From the sequence record OR544954: 64,000 bases of DNA; one strand, given 5' to 3'. Below, in pieces: positions 10,795 to 19,202 of the stretch (its first letter is position 1; each line of letters begins with the position of its first letter). Origin of the DNA: Escherichia phage vB_EcoM_EP32a. Position numbers and translations under genes: made by a program. The notes beneath the pieces were generated by a model. It was not told the DNA's origin. It was given only the letters and a program-made list of their open reading frames with translations, and ran no database searches.

Positions 10795-10811
10795 ATAATA
10801 AAGGAGTTAAC

Positions 10812-11414
10812 ATGCGAAACCAAAATAATGATATTGACTCAATGTTCGAAGAGTTCCGAAATAAGGTAAATCCACCTACGTCTTTAGTTGATTCATTACG
10901 ATATGTTGCAACTGGACGTAAATGGTACTGGTCGTCTTCTTATGAGACTACTGAGAAAACGGCCAGCCATAGCAGAAAATCTTTATTAGCCCCAGGTATT
11001 ATGATTCATGATATCGGAGCTATTGCTAAACTAGTTGCAGACCATGATATTAGATTCACTGATTTCGTTGCTCCTACGTGGTCTGTTTGTTGTTTAAACA
11101 CTGAATGGGAATATATCAGCGAACGCTCTAAAGATTATTATGGTTTTAGAGACAAGCTTTTAAGGTCTAACATGTTTTATATTGATACAGAAGTTCTGGT
11201 CAATAATAAAAAATACTACTTCACTTTAATCATCGATTCTGAAACTATGTATGAAGGCAAGCCTTTGCTTAAGAGAGTTGATGCTTTAAGTGCTATTGAT
11301 GCGCTTTATGAAACTATGGTTGTTAGTCCTAATTTCACTAACAATTTAATCCTTGAGCAATTTATTATGGAATGTAGAGAATATGTCAAAGCCAACCCTA
11401 TACATGCCAAGTAA
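10812..11414 (+). CDS. hypothetical protein, C-terminal EQFIMECRE motif
   Basis: 200-aa ORF; ATG after AAGGAG. Confidence 0.55.
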   Translation: MRNQNNDIDSMFEEFRNKVNPPTSLVDSLRYVATGRKWYWSSSYETTEKTASHSRKSLLAPGIMIHDIGAIAKLVADHDIRFTDFVAPTWSVCCLNTEWEYISERSKDYYGFRDKLLRSNMFYIDTEVLVNNKKYYFTLIIDSETMYEGKPLLKRVDALSAIDALYETMVVSPNFTNNLILEQFIMECREYVKANPIHAK

Positions 11415-11778
11415 GCCCTGGGCGTATGAATACAAGCGTAAATTAATCCCAAATGAAGTACTATTTGGCCCTATTTTAGCTTTAGCATTTTTAATCTTTA
11501 TGATTATAGGAGCTGTTTTAGATTCTAGTGAAGTTATATCGTCTGATGCAGCATTTTCATTAATGTTCGTCGCACCACTTATTGTACCGTTTTTATTAAT
11601 GCCTATTAATTGGGTAGGATATTGGCACCAAGGCCGTCATCACAGAGCCCGATTAAGAGAATGGAAAGTTCAGTGCGCAAAAGCCCAAGCTCAGTATGAT
11701 GAAGCTGTTAAAAAGTATGAATATGAAGAAGCTATGGAATTCGTTAAGGAAATAAGATGCAAAAGCCTCAACTCTTAA
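11383..11778 (+). CDS. small membrane protein
   Basis: Hydrophobic segments ILALAFLIFMIIGAVL and MFVAPLIVPFLLMPI; start overlaps upstream ECRE motif. Confidence 0.5.
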   Translation: MSKPTLYMPSKPWAYEYKRKLIPNEVLFGPILALAFLIFMIIGAVLDSSEVISSDAAFSLMFVAPLIVPFLLMPINWVGYWHQGRHHRARLREWKVQCAKAQAQYDEAVKKYEYEEAMEFVKEIRCKSLNS

Positions 11779-12116
11779 CCGTATGGCCTTCTCTTGGTGA
11801 GAACATTCTAATTTTTATTATGAGTATTGGCATGGGATTTGCCTTTGGATTAGTTGGATTTCTTATTGACGGCGTTGTGTTAGGATTTATAGGGAACACT
11901 GGTGGATTCACAGACCAATGGCAGGACTTACGGTACACCCAAGCCTTTGCATCCATCGCATCATTTTGTACTGTAGTCTATTTTTACTACGATTTTATAA
12001 ACCACAACAAGAAAAATAAAAAGGTTTACGCTTCTCAAATGATTAGTTATAATGAACTCCTAGCTAGACGTGAAAATGAAACAATCGAAAACTTTATTAA
12101 GGAATGTAGAAAATGA
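11757..12116 (+). CDS. small membrane protein, C-terminal ENFIKECRK motif
   Basis: TM segments; conserved C-terminal motif. Confidence 0.5.
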   Translation: MQKPQLLTVWPSLGENILIFIMSIGMGFAFGLVGFLIDGVVLGFIGNTGGFTDQWQDLRYTQAFASIASFCTVVYFYYDFINHNKKNKKVYASQMISYNELLARRENETIENFIKECRK

Positions 12117-12418
12117 GTAAGATTATTGAAATTAAAGTACCAGAGTTTAATGATGCCAAATCCGCTTCAGATGCAATTTATAAACTTCTGAATCAAGCTG
12201 AACGTATCGAAGAAGAAGCAACAAAGATCGCAGACCAATATGCCGTATCATTTTCTGTAGGTGATTATGGTAGCGGTCGTACTTATTATCCTAAGGGTGA
12301 AATCGTATCCCAGTGGATGAAAGATGAAATTGAAAATAATGGCGGCGATGTTAAGCGTGAAGGTAATGGATACGTTATTACTGAAGGTGCTTGGGTTTCG
12401 TCTTCTGCGTTGTGCTAA
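12113..12418 (+). CDS. small protein, C-terminal GAWVSSSALC (paralog 1 of 3)
   Basis: ATGA-coupled ORF; shares C-terminal GWVxSSxxC with the next two ORFs. Confidence 0.5.
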   Translation: MSKIIEIKVPEFNDAKSASDAIYKLLNQAERIEEEATKIADQYAVSFSVGDYGSGRTYYPKGEIVSQWMKDEIENNGGDVKREGNGYVITEGAWVSSSALC

Positions 12419-12427
12419 GGAATCATT

Positions 12428-12700
12428 ATGTCTAAAGAACAAACCGAACTGGCTGAAGCTGTAGCAAAAATCTATGCAGCTATTGAGGCTGCCAAAGAAA
12501 TTGCTGATAAACAAAACACAACATTCAACTTGTACCCAGCTTATGGTATGGGTGGAACCTATCATTCACCCGGACATCTTAAAGCCGATCTTGAACGTTG
12601 TACAAAAAACGGCTATGCTGAATGGGCTGACGTTTACCAATACGACTACAACCTGAGCCTCGAAACTGGTGGTTGGGTCGCATCTTCTCACACTTGCTAA
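12428..12700 (+). CDS. small protein, C-terminal GGWVASSHTC (paralog 2 of 3)
   Basis: ORF after AAGGAA SD. Confidence 0.5.
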   Translation: MSKEQTELAEAVAKIYAAIEAAKEIADKQNTTFNLYPAYGMGGTYHSPGHLKADLERCTKNGYAEWADVYQYDYNLSLETGGWVASSHTC

Positions 12701-12709
12701 GGAAACAAT

Positions 12710-12907
12710 ATGTCTCGTGAATTAGATTGTGCTGTACGTACGGCAGTAGCTGCTCTGGAAAACCTGTTCCAAATTGCAACAGAAGAACGCGAAGAAGTTA
12801 CATTATGGATTGAAGATAACGCAGGTCTGAATCTCCAGGACGCGATCTCATTATCCCACAATAGTATCACTGTTCAAGGCTGGGTATCATCTAGTTATTC
12901 TTGCTAA
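12710..12907 (+). CDS. small protein, C-terminal QGWVSSSYSC (paralog 3 of 3)
   Basis: ORF after AAGGAAA SD. Confidence 0.5.
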   Translation: MSRELDCAVRTAVAALENLFQIATEEREEVTLWIEDNAGLNLQDAISLSHNSITVQGWVSSSYSC

Positions 12908-12913
12908 AACAGT

Positions 12914-12948
12914 TTACAACAAGATAGGGCTATGTTATAGTAGTCCTA
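12914..12948 (+). promoter_or_regulatory. early promoter cassette (GTTTAC ... TGTTATAGT) with palindrome
   Basis: agtttacaacaagatagggctatgttatagtagtcctatcaaaacaaatggag. Confidence 0.5.
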
Positions 12949-12969
12949 TCAAAACAAATGGAGTCCACA

Positions 12970-13209
12970 ATGATTTATTACGAAAGTATCGGAACCAAAG
13001 TGGTTGGCAAAACCATTACTCGTGAAAAGTTTGCAAAGATATTCGATATGCGTTATAAAAAATCTGAACACAAAGGCATCCGATTCGAAGATGCGCACTG
13101 TACAATTTGCCCTTATAATGAAGACATAAACGGTACAATCGTTCCATTGGTAGAAGCTTCACATGATGACCTCTGGGATGAATATAATATCGCATGTCGT
13201 GAAATTTAA
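12970..13209 (+). CDS. hypothetical protein
   Basis: ATG after the conserved leader caaatGGAG. Confidence 0.45.
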   Translation: MIYYESIGTKVVGKTITREKFAKIFDMRYKKSEHKGIRFEDAHCTICPYNEDINGTIVPLVEASHDDLWDEYNIACREI

Positions 13210-13237
13210 GTTAATGAATTAATCCGAGGAAAATATT

Positions 13238-14194
13238 ATGATGTTAGTTATTGGTTCTCGTGCACTTCACTATCACGGTCTTATTGATTCTAGCGCTATC
13301 AAAAATAGTGATTGGGACTTTATTGCGGACCAAGGTTCTTGGAATGCATTCAAAAATCAAATGATGGGTGTATATGTCCACCAAGATAACCCTGATGTCC
13401 AAGTTTTCAAATGCTTCCATAATGGTCGCGAAACTCATTTTGAAGCATATATTGTTCCGGCAATCACTAATGTCCGTGAATTAGTCGGTGAACTCACTCC
13501 TGAAGATTTCACATCTTCTTATGACCTTTTAAAATACGCCAAGAAAAATTTGACTAAAGACCGTTTGAACGGGTTTTACTGGGCAACTCCTGAGATATGT
13601 CTTGCAATTAAGATGTCTCATCGTTTCAAGAAAAATAATCCATTCTTTTTAAAGACTATGAACCATATTCAGTATCTTCGTGGTAAAGGTGTTACACTGA
13701 ACGATGAACTTACTGAAATTATGCTGAAACGCCAAAAAGAAACTTTGAACTATGCTCACCCTGTTCTTGACACTTCTAAAAGTGCGTTCTTTAAAGATGA
13801 CATCTATACATATGACCATGATACTATTCACGAAGCCATTGCACTAACAGACCGTCCGGCTTATATGTTTTACATGAAAGATGGTTCTGAAGTCATGACC
13901 TCACGCGAGAAGTTCGAATCATTACCGGAAATGGTCAAATTGGCCGGTGTATATGAAGAATCATGTGTACTAGCATTAGAACGTTCTCAGATTCCTAACG
14001 ACTTTAAAATCCATCCACGTGATAGTTTTATGATGGCCCTTGAAAAGGTCTGTACATCAATCACATCAGGATGGTTCCGTGAGTTCGCTTGGGAAAATTA
14101 TAGCAAAGTAGTAAGTATGTACCAAAGCTTAGGACACGACGATTACGTCAAGCGTTTCAAACAAAACTTTCATATGGTAAAACCTTTCAAATAA
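13238..14194 (+). CDS. hypothetical protein, possible nucleotidyltransferase fold
   Basis: 318-aa ORF; N-terminal IGSRAL...SDWDFIAD loosely fits the G-S...D-x-D NTase motif with atypical spacing. Confidence 0.5.
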   Translation: MMLVIGSRALHYHGLIDSSAIKNSDWDFIADQGSWNAFKNQMMGVYVHQDNPDVQVFKCFHNGRETHFEAYIVPAITNVRELVGELTPEDFTSSYDLLKYAKKNLTKDRLNGFYWATPEICLAIKMSHRFKKNNPFFLKTMNHIQYLRGKGVTLNDELTEIMLKRQKETLNYAHPVLDTSKSAFFKDDIYTYDHDTIHEAIALTDRPAYMFYMKDGSEVMTSREKFESLPEMVKLAGVYEESCVLALERSQIPNDFKIHPRDSFMMALEKVCTSITSGWFREFAWENYSKVVSMYQSLGHDDYVKRFKQNFHMVKPFK

Positions 14195-14274
14195 TTTCAC
14201 AAAACAGTTTACAAGGTCTGTAGTTGTTGATACTATAGACCTATCAAAACAAATGAGTGAATGGAGATATAAAA

Positions 14275-14475
14275 ATGACTACTTTGAATAAACGTTTCGG
14301 TAAAGCTAAACCTGGTTGTGCAGCAGAACGTCGTTATGTTTTCGCTCAGTTAGAAGATGTAGAGTATCAGATTAATCAAGTTCACATTACTGGTATCGAG
14401 CCTATGTGTGGCCTTGAAGCTCTTCGTGAAGTTCGTGATGGGTATCGTCGTGACATCGAAGAAATGTCAAAATAA
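14275..14475 (+). CDS. hypothetical protein
   Basis: ATG after a promoter cassette and aatGGAG leader. Confidence 0.45.
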   Translation: MTTLNKRFGKAKPGCAAERRYVFAQLEDVEYQINQVHITGIEPMCGLEALREVRDGYRRDIEEMSK

Positions 14476-14533
14476 GTGTACAAACTGATAGGACTATGTT
14501 ATAGTAGTCCTATTAAAACATGAGGAGAATATT

Positions 14534-14839
14534 ATGAAATTAGGCGAAACCAACCGAATTGGTCTTTTAACAATATTTGTATCACTTTTTTACGCAGCTC
14601 TTTCTGTTGCAGTATTACAAAAGGCTTACAGTATGGATGGTGTTCCTGGTTGTATATTTTTATCACCATTTTTGCTATTCGTTGGAGCTTTGTTATTATA
14701 TGCCACGTCTGGTTTCGACAATAATGTCTGGGTCAATTATAAACGTAAATTGTCTGAAGAAGAACACGCAGAAGCTCGTAAAAAAGCTATTGAATCTACC
14801 AATCTAGAAAATTTCATTAAAGAATGTCGAGGAAAATAA
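14534..14839 (+). CDS. small membrane protein, C-terminal ENFIKECRGK motif
   Basis: TM segments LLTIFVSLFYAALSVAVL and FLSPFLLFVGALLLY. Confidence 0.5.
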   Translation: MKLGETNRIGLLTIFVSLFYAALSVAVLQKAYSMDGVPGCIFLSPFLLFVGALLLYATSGFDNNVWVNYKRKLSEEEHAEARKKAIESTNLENFIKECRGK

Positions 14840-14967
14840 TATGAATAGTTCTAAAGTGTTTAATAGTCAAGCTCGTGCAGTAGGTGGTTTTGCTCACGCG
14901 ATTAAAAATGACCAGATTAAAAACGAGCCTATGTTCTTCAACTGTAGTATTTGATTCACGAGTCCAT

Positions 14968-15441
14968 ATGCTGATGCCTGGTTGGTATCCTGCTATTCCA
15001 GGTTATCACCATGACGATGTACCACGCCCGGATATTCCAGTTGGTCAACACTTTATTACTGCAGGACAACCTGACTATGACAATCCTCGCTATTTGTCTG
15101 AACACATTCTTGGTCTTGTTAACGCTGATGTGTGTCCTACTCATTTTGCAACAGGAACTGCAGAGTTCAGTCAGATTCCTGATGGCGAACTTATCTATCG
15201 CCAGTGGCACAAAGAAGTCCTCGAAAAAATCGAAAAAGGTGAACTAGAGAAATGGGAAGCTCCGGACCGTACTCTTCTTCAGTTTGATTGGCAAACATGG
15301 CACACTGGTTCTCGTGCAATTAGTAATGGATGGCGTTGGTTCGGACGTGTATCTCGTAATACAGACCGAGTTAAAAAGATTACCAATGAAATTCGTGTCA
15401 ATGCTCAAGTTTATCTGGAATTCCCTATGGAAGGCTGGTAA
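14968..15441 (+). CDS. hypothetical protein (possibly the shifted continuation of the 14851-14964 mini-ORF)
   Basis: 157-codon ORF from an ATG without an SD; a strongly SD-led 37-codon ORF (14851-14964) ends in another frame just upstream. Confidence 0.35.
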   Translation: MLMPGWYPAIPGYHHDDVPRPDIPVGQHFITAGQPDYDNPRYLSEHILGLVNADVCPTHFATGTAEFSQIPDGELIYRQWHKEVLEKIEKGELEKWEAPDRTLLQFDWQTWHTGSRAISNGWRWFGRVSRNTDRVKKITNEIRVNAQVYLEFPMEGW

Positions 15442-15932
15442 TGATTAACAAAACATATTGGTCTAATATTGACGACGGCAATGAAGGTATTTCATACTAT
15501 TCAGTAGATTGGACAGGATGTCCATCCTACTTAGTGAAACGTATTTGCCAAGAATTTAAAATCGACCAGCCAGCAGGTATTATCGTGAACAGATACATTA
15601 ATGGATATCAACCTATCGATGAAGTAATACGAACAACTCAAGCTGAGCTTGAAAAGTTTTTCAATAAGTGCCAATGGATAACAGGATGGATTATATTTGT
15701 ACCGTCTATATGGTTTTTCAGTACTAAGGTGAGTTCTTTCGGTTTTGTTGATATTATTGCTATCTTATTAGCATCTACTATCGTAAGTATTATTGGCGGT
15801 ATAATTGGTGGAGGTACTGTAGGCATCATTATTAATCTTATTAAAAGTAGTTTACAAGAACATAAAGACAAGATAAAAGCCAAGAATAATGAAGTTGAAC
15901 GTTTTATTACCGAATGCAGGAATTTGAGATGA
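15441..15932 (+). CDS. membrane protein, C-terminal ERFITECRNLR motif
   Basis: ATGA overlap; TM region WITGWIIFVPSIWFF...IIGGIIGGGTVGIIINLI. Confidence 0.5.
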   Translation: MINKTYWSNIDDGNEGISYYSVDWTGCPSYLVKRICQEFKIDQPAGIIVNRYINGYQPIDEVIRTTQAELEKFFNKCQWITGWIIFVPSIWFFSTKVSSFGFVDIIAILLASTIVSIIGGIIGGGTVGIIINLIKSSLQEHKDKIKAKNNEVERFITECRNLR

Positions 15933-16165
15933 GTATAGCAATTTACATTAAATCAGAATCATGTGATAGTTATCTGTACACATACGATAAAGATGTGTCA
16001 GAAGAAAAAATCAAAGACGACCTTAATACGGATCTTGATATGTTCTGTCCTATTGCAGATTACAAACTTGCGGTCTCTAATAGTGAAAGTCCATCTAAAG
16101 AAACGCGCATTGAAGAATTTATGTCCGAATTAATGGCCAAATCATGGGACCGAGATGATGAGTAA
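15929..16165 (+). CDS. hypothetical protein
   Basis: ATGA-coupled 78-aa ORF. Confidence 0.45.
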   Translation: MSIAIYIKSESCDSYLYTYDKDVSEEKIKDDLNTDLDMFCPIADYKLAVSNSESPSKETRIEEFMSELMAKSWDRDDE

Positions 16166-16613
16166 GAAAAATAAAGTGAAAGAACTATCAGCCGGTATTA
16201 TTTTCCTTACCGAAGATAAAGAATTATTCATGGGGCGTGTAACTGGTTCTCGTCCTAAAGGTTCTTTAGCTCATCGCTGGGATATTCCTAAAGGACGTGT
16301 CGAGCCCGGTGAATCTCCTATTGAAGCCGCTATTCGCGAATGCGAAGAAGAAACTGGGTTTACACAATATGACCCTGCCTTCCTGAAAGACCTAGGTGAA
16401 CATCATTACTCAGACAATAAGAATATTCATCTGTTCCTATATACCATCCCTGTAGAGCACGAGCAATTCAGAAACAGTGCTTGTAATTCCTATCATACAT
16501 TCCCAGACGGACGACAGATTCCTGAATTTGATGCGTTCGCTTTAATTAAACCTTCTCAATGGGAATATGTAATGGGCAAATCATTATATAAGGTGCTCAC
16601 TACCCTCCTATAA
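16155..16613 (+). CDS. nudE: Nudix hydrolase (NudE / e.1-like)
   Basis: Nudix box GRVEPGESPIEAAIRECEEETGF; immediately upstream of lysozyme as in T4. Confidence 0.8.
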   Translation: MMSKKNKVKELSAGIIFLTEDKELFMGRVTGSRPKGSLAHRWDIPKGRVEPGESPIEAAIRECEEETGFTQYDPAFLKDLGEHHYSDNKNIHLFLYTIPVEHEQFRNSACNSYHTFPDGRQIPEFDAFALIKPSQWEYVMGKSLYKVLTTLL

Positions 16614-16647
16614 GTAATAAATACCTCCTATAAACGTGGGAGGTATT
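16603..16647 (+). promoter_or_regulatory. SD-sequestering hairpin with embedded late-promoter-like TATAAAcg upstream of gene e
   Basis: tACCTCCtataaacgtgGGAGGTa: the SD GGAGG pairs with upstream CCTCC; direct repeat cctcctataa at 16603 and 16624. Confidence 0.45.
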
Positions 16648-17136
16648 ATGAATATATTTGAAATGCTTCGTAATGACGAAGGTCTTAGACTGACTTTATA
16701 CAAAGACACTGAAGGCTTTTGGACGATTGGCATAGGCCATTTAGTAACAAAGAACCCATCTTTAGCCGTAGCTAAAGCTGAACTTGACAGAATGATCGGA
16801 CGTAAATGCAACGGTACAATTACCCTTGATGAGGCTGAAAAGCTATTTAATGAAGACGTTGATAAAGCTGTTCGCGGAATCTTGGGTAATGCTAAACTTA
16901 AACCGGTATATGATTCTTTAGATGCAGTTCGTCGATGTGCATTGGTCAATATGGTCTTCCAAATGGGTGTAACAGGCGTCGCCGGTTTTACTAATTCTCT
17001 TCGTATGCTTCAACAGAAACGTTGGGACGAGGCGGCAGTAAATCTAGCCCAATCTAAATGGTACCGTCAGACACCTAATCGCGCGAAACGCGTAATCTCA
17101 ACATTTAAAACAGGAACTTGGAAAGCGTATATATGA
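16648..17136 (+). CDS. e: endolysin (T4 lysozyme e homolog)
   Basis: [32 protein letters not shown]... strongly similar to T4 lysozyme. Confidence 0.95.
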   Translation: MNIFEMLRNDEGLRLTLYKDTEGFWTIGIGHLVTKNPSLAVAKAELDRMIGRKCNGTITLDEAEKLFNEDVDKAVRGILGNAKLKPVYDSLDAVRRCALVNMVFQMGVTGVAGFTNSLRMLQQKRWDEAAVNLAQSKWYRQTPNRAKRVISTFKTGTWKAYI

Positions 17137-17414
17137 AAACATATAGTGAATTTTTATCAGAATCTATTCTTAACGAAGCTACTGACACATTTGCAACTAA
17201 GCTAGGTGCAGCTTTGGTTGAAGCTGAAAGTCTATTAGCACGTATTTCTGAACTTGCTAGTAAGATAGATACTCGCAAATTTGAACGTACCAGCGATATC
17301 GCTAAGCTTGAAGCCTTGTTGCGTATGTGTGATAAACCGGAAGAAATCGCTAAGAACGGCTCGCTGATGAAACAACGTCTTGAAAAATATATTTCAGGCG
17401 CTTCAGAAAAATAG
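17133..17414 (+). CDS. internal protein (ipII-like) with capsid targeting sequence
   Basis: Starts [10 protein letters not shown] (CTS consensus); 93 aa; between e and denV. Confidence 0.65.
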   Translation: MKTYSEFLSESILNEATDTFATKLGAALVEAESLLARISELASKIDTRKFERTSDIAKLEALLRMCDKPEEIAKNGSLMKQRLEKYISGASEK

Positions 17415-17416
17415 TG

Positions 17417-17455
17417 TTTACTTCCTCCAAGGGTTTTGATACTATACATTCATCA
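17417..17455 (+). promoter_or_regulatory. early promoter cassette with palindrome
   Basis: GTTTACttcctccaagggttttgaTACTATacattcatcaactacttggagg; inverted repeat cctccaag/cttggagg. Confidence 0.45.
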
Positions 17456-17472
17456 ACTACTTGGAGGAAATT

Positions 17473-17886
17473 ATGACTCGTATCAATTTAACACTTGTTT
17501 CTGAACTGACCGACCAACATCTTATGGCTGAGTATCGTGAATTACCACGCGTATTTGGTGCAGTCCGTAAACATGTTCAAAACGGTAAACGTGTAAAGGA
17601 TTTTAAAATCTCTCCAACATTTATCTTAGGCACAGGTCACGTAACATTCTTTTACGACAAACTCGAATTTTTACGTTTACGTCAAATCGAGCTAATCGCT
17701 GAATGCTTGAAACGTGGTTTCAAAATCAAGGACACGACTGTTCAGGATATTTCCGACATCCCTGCCGAATTTCGTAATAATTACGTCCCGTCCGAAGCGT
17801 CCATTGCGATAAGTCAAGCACGCTTAGATGAAAAAATTGCTCAACGTCCGACTTGGTACAAATACTATGGTAAATCAATTTACTAA
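17473..17886 (+). CDS. denV: endonuclease V (pyrimidine-dimer DNA glycosylase) DenV
   Basis: [35 protein letters not shown]... matches T4 DenV. Confidence 0.95.
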   Translation: MTRINLTLVSELTDQHLMAEYRELPRVFGAVRKHVQNGKRVKDFKISPTFILGTGHVTFFYDKLEFLRLRQIELIAECLKRGFKIKDTTVQDISDIPAEFRNNYVPSEASIAISQARLDEKIAQRPTWYKYYGKSIY

Positions 17887-17893
17887 GGAAAAA

Positions 17894-18154
17894 ATGAAAA
17901 TGTATCAAGAATTTATCATTGAAGCAGATGCCAAAGACCCTAAATTTAAAGTTAAAGCTTTCATTGGTGATGCGGAAGACTTTGGCTCATTAAAACGTAA
18001 TGGGTATTCTTTCTTAGGTGGTGATGGTAAAGAAATCAACACCTATGCAAAACGTAGTGAAATTGCTTATGTTGTAGTAAGTCCTAAAGTAGATGTTGAC
18101 GATATTGGATACGATTTTAACAACTTCGGAATTATTTCTGGCGGTAAAGCTTAA
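17894..18154 (+). CDS. internal protein-like with capsid targeting sequence
   Basis: Starts MKMYQEFIIEA (CTS-like); 86 aa. Confidence 0.55.
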   Translation: MKMYQEFIIEADAKDPKFKVKAFIGDAEDFGSLKRNGYSFLGGDGKEINTYAKRSEIAYVVVSPKVDVDDIGYDFNNFGIISGGKA

Positions 18155-18157
18155 ATT

Positions 18158-18195
18158 GTTTACGCTTAAGTATTAATATGGTATAATTACTCTAT
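18158..18195 (+). promoter_or_regulatory. early promoter (GTTTAC -35, extended TGGTATAAT -10)
   Basis: ttGTTTACgcttaagtattaataTGGTATAATtactctatcaaaa. Confidence 0.55.
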
Positions 18196-18217
18196 CAAAA
18201 CAAACAAGGAAACAAAA

Positions 18218-18295
18218 ATGAAAACATATAAAGAATTTATCGCCGATCCAACCTGTAATAAGGTCGAGCCCAAGTGCGGTAATGGGTTTACATAG
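18218..18295 (+). CDS. 25-aa peptide carrying only a capsid targeting sequence (MKTYKEFIADPTCNKVEPKCGNGFT)
   Basis: ATG after AAGGAAACAAAA, downstream of a strong early promoter; first 8 aa identical to the ipI-like CTS. Confidence 0.4.
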   Translation: MKTYKEFIADPTCNKVEPKCGNGFT

Positions 18296-18351
18296 CGAGT
18301 CGAAGGACCTAACATGTGCCACGGAATGGCCCAAACCTTAAGAGAAATAAT

Positions 18352-18891
18352 ATGAGAACATTTTTAACTGGACCTTATCTATCCCTGATGAATGCTTTTA
18401 CACACCATTCTGATGCTAGAGTAGAAGAAATTTGTAAGAACGGTTATGTCCCGCCATTTGAAGAAGTACTCAAGCAGTACTGTACACTTCGTTTAGACGG
18501 CGGCCGACAATCCGGTAAATAAATTGCTGTGACTAACTTTGCTGCTAATTGGCTGTATGATGGTGGAACAGTTATTGTTCTTTCTAATACTTCAGCTTAT
18601 GCTAAAATTTCTGCTGGCAACATTAAAAAAGAATTTTCTCGTTATTCTAGCGATGATATTCGATTCCGTTTATTTACTGATTCTGTTCGTAGTTTTATTG
18701 GCAATGAAGGTTCTAAATTCCGTGGATTAACGCTTTCTCGTATTCTGTATATAATTGACGAGCCTATTAAAGCTCCTGATATGGATAAGATTTACAATGT
18801 ACATATTAAAACAGTCCAACACTGTTGCAAAAGCAAATATTGCATCGGCGGTAATGCTCGTCCTCAATTTTTTGTGATTGGAATGCAATGA
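18352..18891 (+). CDS. putative P-loop NTPase interrupted by in-frame TAA (18520-18522) directly after the Walker A lysine
   Basis: ...LRLDGGRQSGK-TAA-IAVTNFAANWLYDGG...ILYIIDEP in one continuous frame; GxxxxGK is followed by a stop where S/T is expected; Walker-B-like IIDE downstream. Confidence 0.4.
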
Positions 18892-19196
18892 TGACCACTA
18901 TTGAAGTTTTTGAGTATTGTTATAACAGTCCAGTATGCAATAAAAGGGCCCTTGTAGAAAATTACGAGATTTACCATTTTAAACCTAAACGATATCGTTT
19001 GACTAAAGGTCCGTTCGCAGGGCAGCAGGTTCTTTGTACTGCTCCTAATGCACGACTGATGACTAGTATTCCACATTTCAAAATGGAATTTATTGATGGG
19101 CCATTTAAGGGATTAATCACTCAAAGTTTAATGGCGTTTAATTCCGACCCATTTTTGATTAAAGAAAAATCTTGGATAAATTTATTTTCTAATTGA
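18888..19196 (+). CDS. hypothetical protein
   Basis: 102-aa ORF, ATGA overlap with upstream ORF. Confidence 0.45.
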   Translation: MMTTIEVFEYCYNSPVCNKRALVENYEIYHFKPKRYRLTKGPFAGQQVLCTAPNARLMTSIPHFKMEFIDGPFKGLITQSLMAFNSDPFLIKEKSWINLFSN

Positions 19197-19202
19197 GGTT
19201 AT

